Notes: generated by a model from the letters alone, not told the origin. A stretch of DNA of 64,000 nucleotides from Tubulanus polymorphus (GCF_964204645.1 NC_134032.1:4922175-4986174); one strand, 5' to 3'. Positions 48,799-62,559 are shown, numbered from the stretch's first letter. Translations and numbers: made by a program.

Positions 48799-49499
48799 GA
48801 CGGTGCGTTGGAATGCATTCAACACTAAACCGTTACACGTTCAGAATGGCGTAAAATAAGGCGGTGTGTTGTCATATCACGGAATGACGGAATCGCGGAA
48901 TTTAAAAAAAACAGTTAATTTCTACACTATTTGTAGTATTTTTTCCCGCGGTGTCGTACAAGGCACCGGACCAACCGATGAAATGAGTTAGCACTGAATC
49001 ACACTATCAGCACGCAATTTCATCTGACAGTTAAAGTTCAGTTGCCAGCTGTAGCAGCAGTCAGAAAGTAGTCGGACAAAGAGATTGTCACCAGGGCAAT
49101 CATCGGTTATCGAAGTTAATCGATTTTTTGCGATCTACGTAGATTTGAGCACGGTCGCTCTAGGTTGGGCCGTAGTTTCAGATGGCTGCACACGTTGAAT
49201 GTGCTACTACAAAACATGTACCAGTTAAAAAATATACCATTTTACATATAACCTTTCATATCATTCAACTTTTATTAACTCTTGTATTTAGGTGGCAGCA
49301 GTGAGCGCTCTTACAAGCTTCCTCTGATCAGCTCCTACTAAAGACAGAATTTTTTCCAGTTAAACCACAGATTATGTCACTGGAAAAAAAAGCTTGGAAA
49401 ATTGGATTATTATTGTGACACTTGTGAACGATGAAGCTAAAAAATCAACCGTTGATAACTTTGTTAATTTTTGATAGCAGTGGAATTCAAAACTGAACA

Positions 49500-52329
49500 G
49501 AGATTTTGGATCATTAACACTAATGCTAGTTCATATGTACAGGTTGCATAGCAGTGCAATCATGTATGACTATTCGCGTGGAGTTGTGCTTTCAATGAGG
49601 TGTGATATCAAATCTAGATCTACTGACTGTGACATTGAGAGACTAAAATCACTTGGTGTTTACAAACGTTGCTCAACGAGACGCGGCAAAGGAGGGGGAC
49701 AAAGATCCGAGTTTAAGCTGTGTACAAATACTAATTTGACTGTTGGTGTACTTAACTGTCAATCTGCAAGACATACAGAAGATTTGATTCATGACGTCAT
49801 TCTAGAGAACAACATTGACATTCTCTGCACGAGTGAAACATGGCCAACTTCAAATAGAAAGGATGACTTCTTTGTAAAAGTGTTTGTCAATACCAGGATA
49901 AAAATGCATTCATAATCCCCGACATGGTAACAGAGGGTATGGAGGGATTGCCTTCATTTACAGAGACAATCTGCAGATTCAATTATCATTGGATGACAAC
50001 CGCAATTATACAAATTATTATTGAAGACTTCAACAAATTTATTCTCACAATCGATAATGAAAAGTATGAACTGGTCAACATGTATCGACCTCCACCATCC
50101 CGTAAAAACAAACTGACTACTAAAATGTTCTTTGATGAAGCTCCTGTCTTTCTTTTGGATTTAATTATTTTAATACTAGTGCAAACGTGGAGAGACTCAT
50201 AATCGTCGGTGACCTTAACTTTCACCTGGATGATCTGTCCAAATCTGACACTAAGCGATTTAAAGATATGTTAGAGACCTCAGGTCTCCGCAAGAACGTG
50301 TCTGAACCTACCCAACGTGATGGCTATATTTTGGATGATACGATGACTCTTGAGGAGGCAGATTTCATCAAGGGGCTTGTATTGGGTGACATGATTGCTG
50401 ATCACAACCTTATTCTGTTCAGTATTAACTATAAAAAGCCATCCCCACGCCGTGTCAGTGTTAAGGGGGAAGCTTAGAGATTTAGATTTGGATAAATTCT
50501 CTCAGGATATCTATAGCTCATTCGAAAATCTGACAGTAACTTATATATCTGATCTCAGTGAATCGTACACATCGTCCGTCATTGCAGTTATCGATGAACA
50601 TGCTCCAGTTTATACCAAGACAGCGGTAGTTCGTCCGTCACATCCTTGGTTTAGTGCTGAGGTACAGATGGCTAAAACGAAGAAGCGCCGTGCAGAGTGA
50701 AAGTGGCGGAAAACTAAGCTTACCGTTCACAAACAAATTTACTTCGAAAATAGGAACTCGTTCAATATATTGCTAAGGAGGTCAAAGGCATCTCATTTTA
50801 CATAGAGGATTGAAGATACTGCTGGCGATGGGAAAAAGTTACAGATGATTTATCAGGAAATACTTCGGTCAAAGAAATCAACATCTCTTCCAGATCATTC
50901 TGATGACGTTGAACTTGCAAATATCAAGCGTTATATCAAGTTCTTTGTTGATAAGGTTGAAGGAATACGATCAACTCTAACTGTATCTTTCGATGAGCCT
51001 TCAATGACAGAGCGTACAAGCAGCAGGCTGCTAAATTTTCATCCAGCTTGTGAGAATGAAATTTCCCAAATAATTAGTGCTGCTCCCAGCAAATCTTGTG
51101 CACTGGATCCAATACCAACTTCGTTACTTAAAAAGGTTCTAGGCTCTATGCTACCGTTTATTACTCTGGTCATTATTAAGTCGCTATCAGCGGGTATCGT
51201 TCTTAAAGACATGAAGCGCGGATTAGTAACTCCATTGTTAAAGAAACCATCGTTAGACCCTTACATCCTGAGCAACTACCGTCCGATTAGCAATGTCTCC
51301 TTCATTTCTAAAGTGCTTGAGCGTGTTGTAGCCAGCTGGCTCCGTTGCTACATGGACGAAAACAATCTCCATGACTACCTCCAATCAACCTATAAAACTG
51401 GCAACAGTACAGAAACGGCACTGCTCCGCGTCCAAAATGATCTACGTCTTATGGTCGATGCTGGTGGTGTGGGATTACTTGTTCTTTTCGACATCAGCGC
51501 CGCCTTCGACACTATCGATCATGAGGTGCTCATAGCTCGAATGCAGGATTATGTTGGTATAGACGGTGAGCCCTTGAATGGCTTCGTTCGTATATTTCTA
51601 TAGGAGCCAACAAGTACTGATCTCTGAATCTCGCTCCGCTGATTGTGAACTGAAGTTTGCAGTACCCCAAGGCTCAGCCCTTGGGCCGCTGTTATTCCTA
51701 GCATACATTCTCCCCTAAGTGCATGTCATCGAACAGTTTGACCTTAACAGACATGGCTTAGCTGGTGATAACCAGCTCTACACACTTTATCAATTCTGAA
51801 TGTGGACACTCTAAACACTCAGATCACTCGTGTTGAAAAATGTCTAATTGCCATAAGTAGATGGTATACCGATAATTATTTGAAGGCAAACCCTACCAAA
51901 ACAGAGGCTATACTGTTTGGTACTGCCCTCTGATTGTCATCTATAAATGTTAAGTCGATATGTGTTGATGGTGTCCTTGTTCCTATATCCAAACAACCAG
52001 TCAAAAATCTCGGAGTATTATTTGATCCGCTGCTATCTATTCAACCCCAGGTCAATGCTATTCTCAAAAATGGTTATTTTCACCTACGTAAAATTTCATT
52101 GGTGCGTAACCAGCTCACTCAATCGGCTGCTAAGAGTCTTGTTCAGGCATTGGTTATCCCAAGGCTTGATTATTGCAACAGTCTTTTGGTTGGCACATCA
52201 GGTGATCACATTGAAAAGTTACGGAGACTGCAAAATTCCTGTGTCCGTTTGATCACTAGAACACCGCGATTTCAATACATTAAACCCGTTCTGTACAAAC
52301 TTCACTGCCTACCAGTTACATCGAGGATC
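49500..52329 (+). mobile_element. Degraded L2/CR1-group LINE ORF2 (APE + RT), interrupted at its 3' end by Polinton 3
   Basis: LNCQS, SETW, VGDLNFH, DH; KSCALDPIP, NYRPISN, DISAAFDTIDH, VPQGS, RLDYCNSLL. Confidence 0.88.
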
Positions 52330-52513
52330 GTAATAGGGATAATAGGGATTCATACCAAAGGTCGAAGGGGCGAAATATACATTCTCGCGCACTCGAATTT
52401 ATTTTTCGACCCCTAAACCTTTGTTATGAACCCCAATTACTCTTAAAATATTCATATATATGAATATGAATAACTTCTAAAATCAATTTTAATATAAAAA
52501 AATTTATATTAAA

Positions 52514-55500
52514 ATGGAAGCAAATAAGAAGTACAACTGTCCAACATGTAAAATTAATATAGATAAATCTCAAAAAGCAAGAAACAATAAAACTAAAGAA
52601 TTAACGCATTTAGAAAATAAATTGAAATTAGAATATAAAGATGATATATTAGAAACTAAATTAGATGAATTAAAGAATGAAAAAGAAATACACAAATATG
52701 ATACATGTCATCAATCAGTAACAAAAGATATTATAAAGATCATTTAAAATCTAAAAGTCATATTAGAAATATGAATAATGATATTTTAGGTGAAGATTAT
52801 TTTGATGATGATATTAATAAACAGAAGACAATTAAAAGAATGAAAAATAAATTAAACAATAAAAGACCATACATGGAAGATGTTAAAAATTATATTAATT
52901 CATTAGATGTTTAAAAAGAAATAAAGATAACTGAAGCATTTAAAAGTGATATTGGTCCAGCTGCTATTGAATTTAAATTTCATAAAGGAAAAACATTAGA
53001 AGAAAAAAAAACATTTAAAAATATGAAAAGATTATAGAAATAATTACAGACGTAGAATACCACAATAATTAGTTGCTTACACCCAACAGAATATATAAAT
53101 TTTAGATTAACACATTATAAACCATTTGAAAATAATTATGAGATAGCCAGTTATCCTGTTATTATTAAAAATATTCCAAAAATAGAAAGAGATAATAATC
53201 TTAAAATAAATGTATTCGATTTAATCAAATTACCAAATACAAAAGGCAATAAAATTGAAAAATTTACACTGGAGCCTTTGTATTTATCAAAAGATTATGA
53301 TTCAAATGGGGTTATAGATATATTATATTATGAAAATCATTATATGTGGATAAAACAAATCGATGTATTTCTTAGAACAAAAAATAGTCACAATAAAATA
53401 TATCTATGTAGAAAATGTTACATAGATTCGGTATGAAAGTACATTATACATCATAAACAATTATGTGAAAATCATGATTATTGTAAAATGATTTTACCAA
53501 ATGAAAAGGATAAAGTAATAGAAATTCAAACATATGATTACAAAAATTAAGTACCATTTGTAATATATGGTGATTTCGAATCATTAAATAAAGAATTAAC
53601 TGATCAAGATAGAAAAGAGATATATTATAAAAGGAAGAGATTAAATTCTGAAAATGAGTTCTCAGGAGAAACCAAATACAATTAAAAAGATTCATTTATC
53701 AGCTTAAGCTTTTTGTTATAGATTTAGAATATCCTGAATATATTAAATTTAAATCTAAAAATCTAGCTTACTGTCCAGAACATAAAACTGTAACTCATGA
53801 AGAATTATCAAATTACGAAAAAAGAATTAAACCCGAAAATCATATTCATACAGAAAAGTTAATGGTAACTCAAGAAGATAAATATAATTATGTAGTACAT
53901 TATAGAATGTTAAGTTTTATTTGAATCAAGGAATGATTCTAAAAAAGTACATAGATATATTTCATTCAGCCAATCTAAGTGGTTAGAAAAATATATAGAT
54001 TTTAACAGCAAACAGAGAACTAAAGCTAAAACTGATTTCGAGAAAGATTTCTTCAAGTTAATGAATAATGCATTATATGGTAAGACTTGTGAAAATATTA
54101 GAAATAGAAATGATATTGAGTTAGTTAGTAATGGTAAAAGAATTAGACATTTACAATCATATCCTTAGTTCATTGGTAACAGAATATTTGATGAAAATTG
54201 AGCTGCCGTTAAGATGAGAAGAACGTCAATGAAATTTAATAAACCAATCTATGTTGGCGCTTCAGTTTTAGAATTATCAAAATTACTAATGTATGAATTC
54301 TATTATAATGTATTACAACCACTTTTTAGAGAAAAACATATAGAAATACTATATTTTGATACAGATTCTTACATATTAAAGATAAAAACTAATAACATAA
54401 CTGACGATTTAAAAACATTAAAACATCATTTTGATTTCAGTAATTATCCTAAAGATCATGAATTGTTTAGCAATGATAATAAAAAAGTTCCTGGTAAATT
54501 CAAAGATGAATTAGGTGGTGAAGAAATGATAGAGTTCATAGGTATTAGATCTAAAATGTATTCATATAAAACTAAAGAAAATGAAGCTAAAAAGTTAAAA
54601 GGAATAAACAAAAGTGTAGTAGAAAAGAATATTCATTTCAAAGATTACATCAATTGTATATTCAATGAAGAAGTTAGAAAACATAAGATGAGATGTTTAA
54701 GATCTGAAGATCAGTCATATTTCATAATCTATCAGGATATGATGCTCATTTATTCATCAAACAGCTATGTTATAAAATAGAAGAAATCAATAATGAAATA
54801 GAAAGATTAAATTCAAATAGATCAAAAGATAAAATACCAACTTATAAATTTAAAATGTTAGCTAGAACATCTGAGAATTATATATCATTCCAATTTGGGT
54901 GTTTAAGATTTATAGATTCATATAGATTTTTAAATAGTTCATTAGATAACTTATCAAAATCATTAGTTGATGATGAATTAAAAATATTAAAGCAACACTA
55001 CCCAAATAATGATGATTTTCAATTAATGAGATATGAAGGCGCAATTCCATATTCATTTTATAAATCACATAATGATTTTAATATAACTGAATTATTAAAA
55101 GAACAATTCTATGATGAATTAAAAAATGAATATGTTAAAGATGAAGTATATAATAGAACATTGAATATTTGGAATCATTTCAAAATAGAAAATCATGGAC
55201 AATTAGTAGATTCATATCTAAAATCAGATGTATTATTATTAACCGATATATTCGAAAGGTTTAGAGATGTAAACCTAAAATATTTCAATATTGATCCTTG
55301 TCATTGTTATTCAAGTCCAGGATTAACATGGGATTGTGGTTTAAAATTTACGGATATAAAAATGGATTTGTTAACAAATATAGATCAATTATTATTATTT
55401 GAAAAATCTATAAGAGGAGGTGTTTCAGGTGTATTAGGGGATAGATATTTCAATGTAAATGATAACCCTGGATATAAGTTATTATATATAGATGCAAATA

Positions 55501-56826
55501 ATTTCTATGGTTGGGCAATGATGGAACCACAACCTTATGGAGTATTTGAAATAAGTGAAGTTTCACAACATGAAAATAATGATAAATTTGATTGGAAGAA
55601 AAAAATCCTAGATATTGCAGATGATTCAGATACTGGTTACTTCTTTGTTGTAGATTTAGAATATCCTGAACATATTAAATTTAAATCTAGAAATCTAGCA
55701 TACTGTCCAGAACATAAAACTGTAACTCATAAAGAACTATCGAATTATCAAAAAAGAATTAAACCCGAAAATCATATTCATACAGAAAAGTTAATGGTAA
55801 CTCAAGAAGATAAATATAATTATGTAGTACATTATAGAATGTTAAAGTTTTATCTAAATCAAGGAATGATCCTAAAAAAAGTACATAGTTATATTTCATT
55901 CAGTCAATCTAAGTGGTTAGAAAAATATATAGATTTTAACACCAAACAGAGAACTGAAGCTAAAACTGATTTCGAGAAAGATTTCTTCAAACTAATGAAC
56001 AATGCATTCTATGGTAAGACTTGTGAAAATATTAGAAATAGAAATGATATTGAGTTAGTTAGTAATGGTAAAAGGATAAGGCATTTACAATCATATCCTA
56101 AGTTTTTAGGTATCAGAATATTTGATGAAAATTTAGCTGCAGTTAAAATGAGAAGAACGTCAATGAAATTTAATAAACCAATCTATGTTGGCGCTTCAGT
56201 TTTAGAATTATCAAAATTACTAATGAATGAATTCTATTATAATGTATTACAACCACTTTTTGGAGAAAAACATATAGAAATACTATATTTTGATACAGAT
56301 TCTTACATATTAAAGATAAAAACTAATAACATAACTGACGATTTAAAAACATTAAAACATCATTTTGATTTCAGTAATTATCCTAAAGATCATGAATTGT
56401 TTAGCAATGATAATAAAAAAAGTTCCTGGTAAATTCAAAGATGAATTAGGTGGTGAAGAAATGATAGAGTTCATAGGTATTAGATCTAAAATGTATTCAT
56501 TTAAAACTAAAGAAAATGAAGCTAAAAAGTTAAAAGGAATAACAAAAAGTGTAGTAGAAAAGAATATTCATTTCAAAGATTATATCAATTGTATATTCAA
56601 TGAAGAAGTTAGAAAACATAAGATGAGATGTTTAAGATCTGAAGATCATGAAATGTTTATTGAAGAAATTGAAAAGATAAGTCTAAACCCATTTGATAAT
56701 AAAAGATATATTTTAGATGATGGAATTCATACAGTTGCTTATGGTTGTAATTTAGATGAATATTTAAAATTTAAAAGAGAAGAAACAAAAGAGAACGAGA
56801 TAATGAAAAGAATTCTAACGTGTTGA
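52514..56826 (+). pseudogene. pPolB: Intein-free pPolB, rearranged and frameshifted
   Basis: YIDANNFYGWAM, KLMNNAFYGK, YFDTDSY; ~1-kb duplicate of the C-terminal part (~53712-54712 vs ~55644-56647) replaces part of the exonuclease region. Confidence 0.92.
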
Positions 56827-56844
56827 AAAAAATATGTATTATAA

Positions 56845-57199
56845 ATGGAGAGTAAACAAACACACAGTGAGAACAACAAATTATTTCTAGATAGAATAAA
56901 AGATACTAAAAATGTAAAATCTGTAGATTATAAATTCAAAAAGGTTAACAGAATTAACAATCCATAAGAAATATCTAATTACAAATATTGATACAGTTAC
57001 TAATAACTATGGAGATAAATTAGTTATACGCTTAGAATATGAAGGATTAAAAGGAAATACATTTAAATTCAGAATATATTTACCGGATAGATTTCATAGA
57101 TTATCAAGTGAAGATCTTGAAGAATTATGTTCTGGTGATTTCTATTTCGTATACAAAGGTAAGAATGAAAAAGGGCACCATGAAATAGATTTCGAATAA
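56845..57199 (+). pseudogene. Homolog of the 108-aa ORF (31284-31610), frameshifted
   Basis: TNYGDK...RIYLPDRF...YKGKNEKGHHEIDFE vs TKYGEK...KVFLPDKW...YHGKNEDGHHDLEIVD. Confidence 0.75.
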
Positions 57200-57216
57200 G
57201 AAAATATGTAAAATTA

Positions 57217-57993
57217 ATGGTAGAATTAAAAGAATACAGAATATTTGTTGATTCTAGAAGACTTACAAATTACAAATCTCATAATTTACTAGTACAATTA
57301 GATAGAGAATTTAAGAATTGTGTAGATTTAAAATTAGTTAATATAAGTGTATGTAATTCTTTTTATAAAATATCGGATAAAACTTTTGAATATAGAGGGT
57401 TTATGATTTATATGAGAAATAAATATAAATGGTTTCATATATTTTTAAAACCAGGATTATATAATTTAGAATCATTAGCGCAGGAAATTAATAGAAGAGC
57501 TCGGTTGAAAATCGGGGGCACTTCTGTATTTGAAATTGAATTTAATAAAATTGATAGTACTAATAAAATTAGAATAAAGATATCTAATGAACAACATAAA
57601 TTTATGGTAAACAAACCACTGGCTAAAATGTTAGGAATTAAACCGCTTACAGTTACTGGAAACGCAGAAGGCAGCTCAAATATAATACCTTTTACACACT
57701 TTTATATTTATTGCAATTTAATCGAGCCTACAAAAACTTTCGAAGCAACTAAAGAAACAATTTGTAGTTCTAGTATACTAAATATTTTACCATTAAAAAA
57801 TGTTAAACAATTTGGAACTCAAATAAATTATAATTTTACTGAATGTGATTTCAAACCATGCATTCCTCGTTTTAATAATTTTAAATTAGAAATTAGAATT
57901 CACAATGGATACTTAATTGATTTAAATAATTTCCCCGTAATTTATGAATTAGTTATAAGATGTAAAGAGCAATTTCTTTCAGTATATAAATGA
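57217..57993 (+). CDS. Minor capsid (penton-like) protein, element 3
   Basis: Homolog of 21672-22430; stop changed to CAA, giving a short extension. Confidence 0.8.
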   Translation: MVELKEYRIFVDSRRLTNYKSHNLLVQLDREFKNCVDLKLVNISVCNSFYKISDKTFEYRGFMIYMRNKYKWFHIFLKPGLYNLESLAQEINRRARLKIGGTSVFEIEFNKIDSTNKIRIKISNEQHKFMVNKPLAKMLGIKPLTVTGNAEGSSNIIPFTHFYIYCNLIEPTKTFEATKETICSSSILNILPLKNVKQFGTQINYNFTECDFKPCIPRFNNFKLEIRIHNGYLIDLNNFPVIYELVIRCKEQFLSVYK

Positions 57994-58346
57994 ATATAAC
58001 TGTTGGACCGAGTATATGTTTTGGGTTTGATTTTAAACATGGGAAAGAAATGAAATTTAACATTAATGATGTAATTACACATATTAAAAATATTGCATTT
58101 TCTAATGAAAACAACATTTGAGTATGAAACAACAATAGATAAAGAAACTTTAAATGTAGAAAAGATTACTAATTTAATTAGAGAATCTTTAAGATTGTAT
58201 GAATTAGATGAAGATTTTATCATCGATGATATTAAAAAATAATAATTGAAATATATACAAATGAAACTTGTAATGAAATGAATGTTGAATTAATCATCAC
58301 TAAGATGACTAAATATTTTGATGATAGTAATTTTTTTGATAAATAA
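57990..58346 (+). pseudogene. Broken homolog of the 113-aa ORF
   Basis: MNITVGPSICFGFDFKHGKEM...YFDDSNFFDK. Confidence 0.75.
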
Positions 58347-58568
58347 ATGAGTGATAATAAGTGGATAATAACTGGATTATATAATGGCGCATTACTATCA
58401 GTTGGAACTGTTGGTTATTCAATGGTATTAAAAAAAGTATTCAAAATGGGAAGTGTTAATGTTGATAGATTTGATATCAATGATATTTTAAAATTAACAT
58501 TAGCAGTTACTTTATCTAATTTAACTATTGATTATTTGGAAAAACAAAAATATATTCCTCCCATATAA
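58347..58568 (+). CDS. 73-aa hydrophobic protein, element 3
   Basis: Near-identical to 22789-23010. Confidence 0.8.
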   Translation: MSDNKWIITGLYNGALLSVGTVGYSMVLKKVFKMGSVNVDRFDINDILKLTLAVTLSNLTIDYLEKQKYIPPI

Positions 58569-58592
58569 ATGCGTAATTATTTTACTAAACAA

Positions 58593-59015
58593 ATGGCTTC
58601 TGCAGTTATAACTATTATAGGATCGGCAATTGTTAACGCTTTAGCATTTACTGGTGGCGGTTATTTATTTAACCATATTGATAAAAATGGATCATTAACA
58701 GAACAAAAAATACATAACTTAGCATTAGAGAAATACAATAAAGCAGCGGAAGAATATAGAGAAAAACGACAAAACTATATGGATTATATTAACAAGGAAT
58801 TATATGATCAGAAGATTTCACATAGAGATTTTCAATCAGTCGATGATGCAATGAGTTTATATAACGCGGTAACAAATAAAGAAAAATTACATCTACATAA
58901 ACCTACAATATCAGATTATTACACCCCAAGTAAAGAACAACAGAAATATGAAATAATATGGATTTTAGGTGGAACAGTTATTGTTATATTTGTTGCTTAT
59001 AAGTTTACTAATTAG
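58593..59015 (+). CDS. 140-aa membrane protein, element 3
   Basis: Homolog of 23035-23457. Confidence 0.8.
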   Translation: MASAVITIIGSAIVNALAFTGGGYLFNHIDKNGSLTEQKIHNLALEKYNKAAEEYREKRQNYMDYINKELYDQKISHRDFQSVDDAMSLYNAVTNKEKLHLHKPTISDYYTPSKEQQKYEIIWILGGTVIVIFVAYKFTN

Positions 59016-59035
59016 AAATTTTTTTTGCTAAATGA

Positions 59036-59497
59036 ATGGATGATAAAGTTGATAATATTGATATTATTCCTCATGATATAAATAAAACTAAATTAAAAAT
59101 ATATTTAGAAAAACAAATATTAGAATTTGAAAGTGACTTTAAAGTTAAAAAGAAAAAATATTTAAAAAGTAAAATTATATATTATTTGATTATAAGTGGT
59201 TCGGTTACAATTAGTTCTGTAATAAGATTTCTAGCAATATTCAGCCCATTAACACCTTTAGCTATATCAATTGGTGTATTAGGATTAAGTTCAAGTGTTT
59301 TAACTGGTATAAGCTCAAAATTAAATATAAAAAGTAATAAAGAAAAAACTAAAACTAATATAAAAGAAATTAATAAATTAAAGAATACACTAGATTATAT
59401 AATAAGTTTAAATGGCCATATAACAGTTGAAGAACAAGATAAATTATTAAAAGAATTAATAAATTATTCATTTTTTAATTATATAAATGGCAGATAG
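59036..59497 (+). CDS. Two-TM coiled-coil protein, element 3
   Basis: Homolog of 23477-23911 with the stop lost (TAA>TCA). Confidence 0.75.
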   Translation: MDDKVDNIDIIPHDINKTKLKIYLEKQILEFESDFKVKKKKYLKSKIIYYLIISGSVTISSVIRFLAIFSPLTPLAISIGVLGLSSSVLTGISSKLNIKSNKEKTKTNIKEINKLKNTLDYIISLNGHITVEEQDKLLKELINYSFFNYINGR

Positions 59498-60904
59498 TTT
59501 TCCAAAAGCTTTCCAATATAATAAATCAATTAAATATAATATTCCAGCAATAGATTTTAATAAAGATATTACATATAGAAATGAAGTTTTAAATTCATTA
59601 ATTGATTTATATATTTATGTTACTGAAAGTAATAATTTTCATGTAAAGATGGAAAATATATTCAATATTTATGAAATTAATTTTGAAAAAGAATTAAGTA
59701 AAGCAAAATTGTGGATGTTAAAATCAAATATGCAATTCTGGCAAAACCAATTAAATTTTGCTGTTTATTGCGCAACAACAGGATGCGGAATAAGTTGGAA
59801 TGATCATTTAAATAAACCAAGTTTACCATTAATATTATCACTCTTTAGATTTCATACATACTTTCAAATAAGATTAATATTAAATGAATTAGAGTGTCCT
59901 TTACCAGGGTCTAGATATTTTAAAGAATTAGATAATGATATTAATTTATCAAAGTATTATAAAATATGTAATGAATTTAATATAGATATAAATAATTCTG
60001 ATTTTAGATCAAAGATGGGAACAATTACAGGGGGAGATTTATCTAAAGTAGAGAAAGCTTTGGATGCAATGAATAATTCACCATTTCCAATCGGAGGTTT
60101 TGCTGTCCCTTATACTAAAGAATATAGAAAAGAAAAAAAAATACTAACTCAAAAACGTTAAAATGGAATGAATTACCAAAATATTATATTTATATCAAAC
60201 AACAACAAAATAATAATGGTTGGGTTAATTTCATTTTAGAAAATAGGGAAGGTTTTACTAAAGCTGGTATACAAAGAATAAATCAATCTATTAGAACTTA
60301 TTTGATATGTATTTTAGGTGCGCAAGTTGAAACAAGATCCCCAATATTTGGAAATTTAAATACATCATTTGATACACAGAAACAATTCTAAGTATTATTT
60401 GAAGATTCAATTCATAATAATAAAAATAGATCAATTCCAGAAAACATTGTAAGATATCAAAATTATTTAGATAAATCACATATTAGATTAAATTATTGTA
60501 TAGGCCCTAATCTATTAATTATTTCTAATGATTTAGTATTAAAGATGGGAAACATAATTGGTTATAATAATCTAATTAAAACTGCAACAATAAATAATTC
60601 ATTTGGGTTAAATGATATAAATAAAAAGATTATTACTGCTCCAAAATTAATGGAAGGTGAAAAAAATAAAAAAAAACACATTTTATCAACTGGAACTAAA
60701 ATTAATAATATTAAATTAAATAATGATTCTAAAATAAAAGATTATAATACATCAGAAGATATTAAAACTGATAATATTCAACATGATATAATTAAACTAA
60801 ATGATGATAATAAATCCCATGAAAATACTAAATTAGCTATAACTTGTATAGGAATTGTAATCGGAGGATATTATATTTTAAATTTTAATTTTTTTATTAT
60901 GTAA
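59487..60904 (+). pseudogene. Frameshifted homolog of the 462-aa protein
   Basis: QNQLNFAVYCATTGCGIS; shared C-terminus. Confidence 0.8.
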
Positions 60905-62559
60905 ATGGATGTAAAAGGTGGAGAAGATTATGAAATGGAAGGCATGGGAAATAATAATGAAGGATATATTGATGATGATTATATGACTGCTGATACTAAT
61001 ATTGATGATGGTAATGAATCAGCATATAATTCTAATTTAGCAGAGAGTGGTTCTAAAGCCCCATCAACAGAAGAAAATGATAGAAGAATCAGATCGAGAA
61101 TACCTATTGAAAATGAAAATCCAGGTTTATTAAAGGAAAATTTAGAAAATTATGAATTTATGTATGATTTTCAACGTGTATTTAAAGATTCTGGATATAA
61201 TAAAAAAGATAGAGTCGCCAGATATTTAGCAAAAAAGATTTAAAATATTTAGATGGTGAATATCAAATCACTAATCAAAGGACAAGACTAAGTAAAATAT
61301 TAGCAAAATCAACTTTGAGTGATTTAGACCTATCTAAAATTAAAAGAATAAGAAATAGTAATGAACCAAGAGATGTCACACAAGAATTAATTGATAAAAA
61401 TGAAAAAGTATTTAAACGAAGAATTAATAAATTATTTGAAACAATCAAAGATAAACCAGAAACAGAAACAACTTCTGAACAGAATATAACTTCCAAAACT
61501 AGTAAACTTAAATCAAACACTGAAGTTCAAACTGAAAAACTTTTACCGAACGGATTACTTGATTCAACAGATCAAGAAATAGAAGCTTTAAGTATGTTTT
61601 CAAAAAAACAATTACAGAAATAATAAGTATACGAGATGAAGCTGATAAAATTGCGCGCGAAAAACATATTAGATATAATAAAATTAAACCTTTAGAAAAT
61701 AAATTATTTGACACCAGAAAAGAATTAGAACAATTAAAATTAGATAGAGAATTTAAAGTTATTGAAGAAATTGAATTTAAAAAAAGAAATGCATATTTAG
61801 AAAAAGAAATTGATGATTTAGAATATAACATAGAATTTCAGAAAGAAAAAATGAAATTACTATTAAAATCATATGATTATTGTATTAAGGCCAAAAAAAA
61901 TTGATACCTTGTTTCTCCGCTCTGCTGAGCTTAAATGTTGACCCGGCCGGCCGCCTATCTACCCTATACATTACTTTTTTTTAAATCGTGATCAATTTCA
62001 CCATAACAGACCCGGCCGCTATAGAAATGAACTGTTTATAGATTTTATCATATTTTACAAAAATGACCCGGCCGCTGCGGAGAAACAAGGTATCATTTTT
62101 GTTTAGCCTAATAGATTAAAAGTTGTTGTTAAAGAGTTAATACTAAAACCAAAATCTGACATATCACTAAAAGATAGAATAAAATTATTATTTAAGTTTG
62201 AAGGAATAACAATTCTTTCAATTCTAACAGCTGTAACTATGTTATTTACAACAATTGGTTTAGCAATATCAAATGCTTTAAAATCTACTCCTACTCCAAA
62301 TAAACCTGATAAACCCCCAGATAATAATTCTATACAAGATAAAGTTAAGGATGGTTTAAAGAAATTAGCAAAATATTTATGGGAACTATCTAAAAAATCT
62401 GCTGCAGCTTTACCAGGAATTATTGCATCAATTGTTGGTTTTATATTGAAATCTGCAGGAAACATTATTAACTTTGCTGCTGAACATATTATTTTATTTT
62501 TAATTACAGTTGTAAGTGCAATTATTTTTGGGTTAGTAAACATGATAAAAAATAAATAA
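60905..62559 (+). pseudogene. Broken homolog of the coiled-coil/multi-TM protein, MITE-interrupted
   Basis: Shared ETETTSEQNITSKTS and C-terminal KSAAALPG...AAEHIILF. Confidence 0.8.
61889..62108. mobile_element. MITE, PIF/Harbinger (Tourist)-like, 220 bp
   Basis: GGC...GCC termini, ~32-bp TIR (gataccttgtttctccgc / gcggagaaacaaggtatc), TAA TSD; absent from element 1. Confidence 0.8.
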
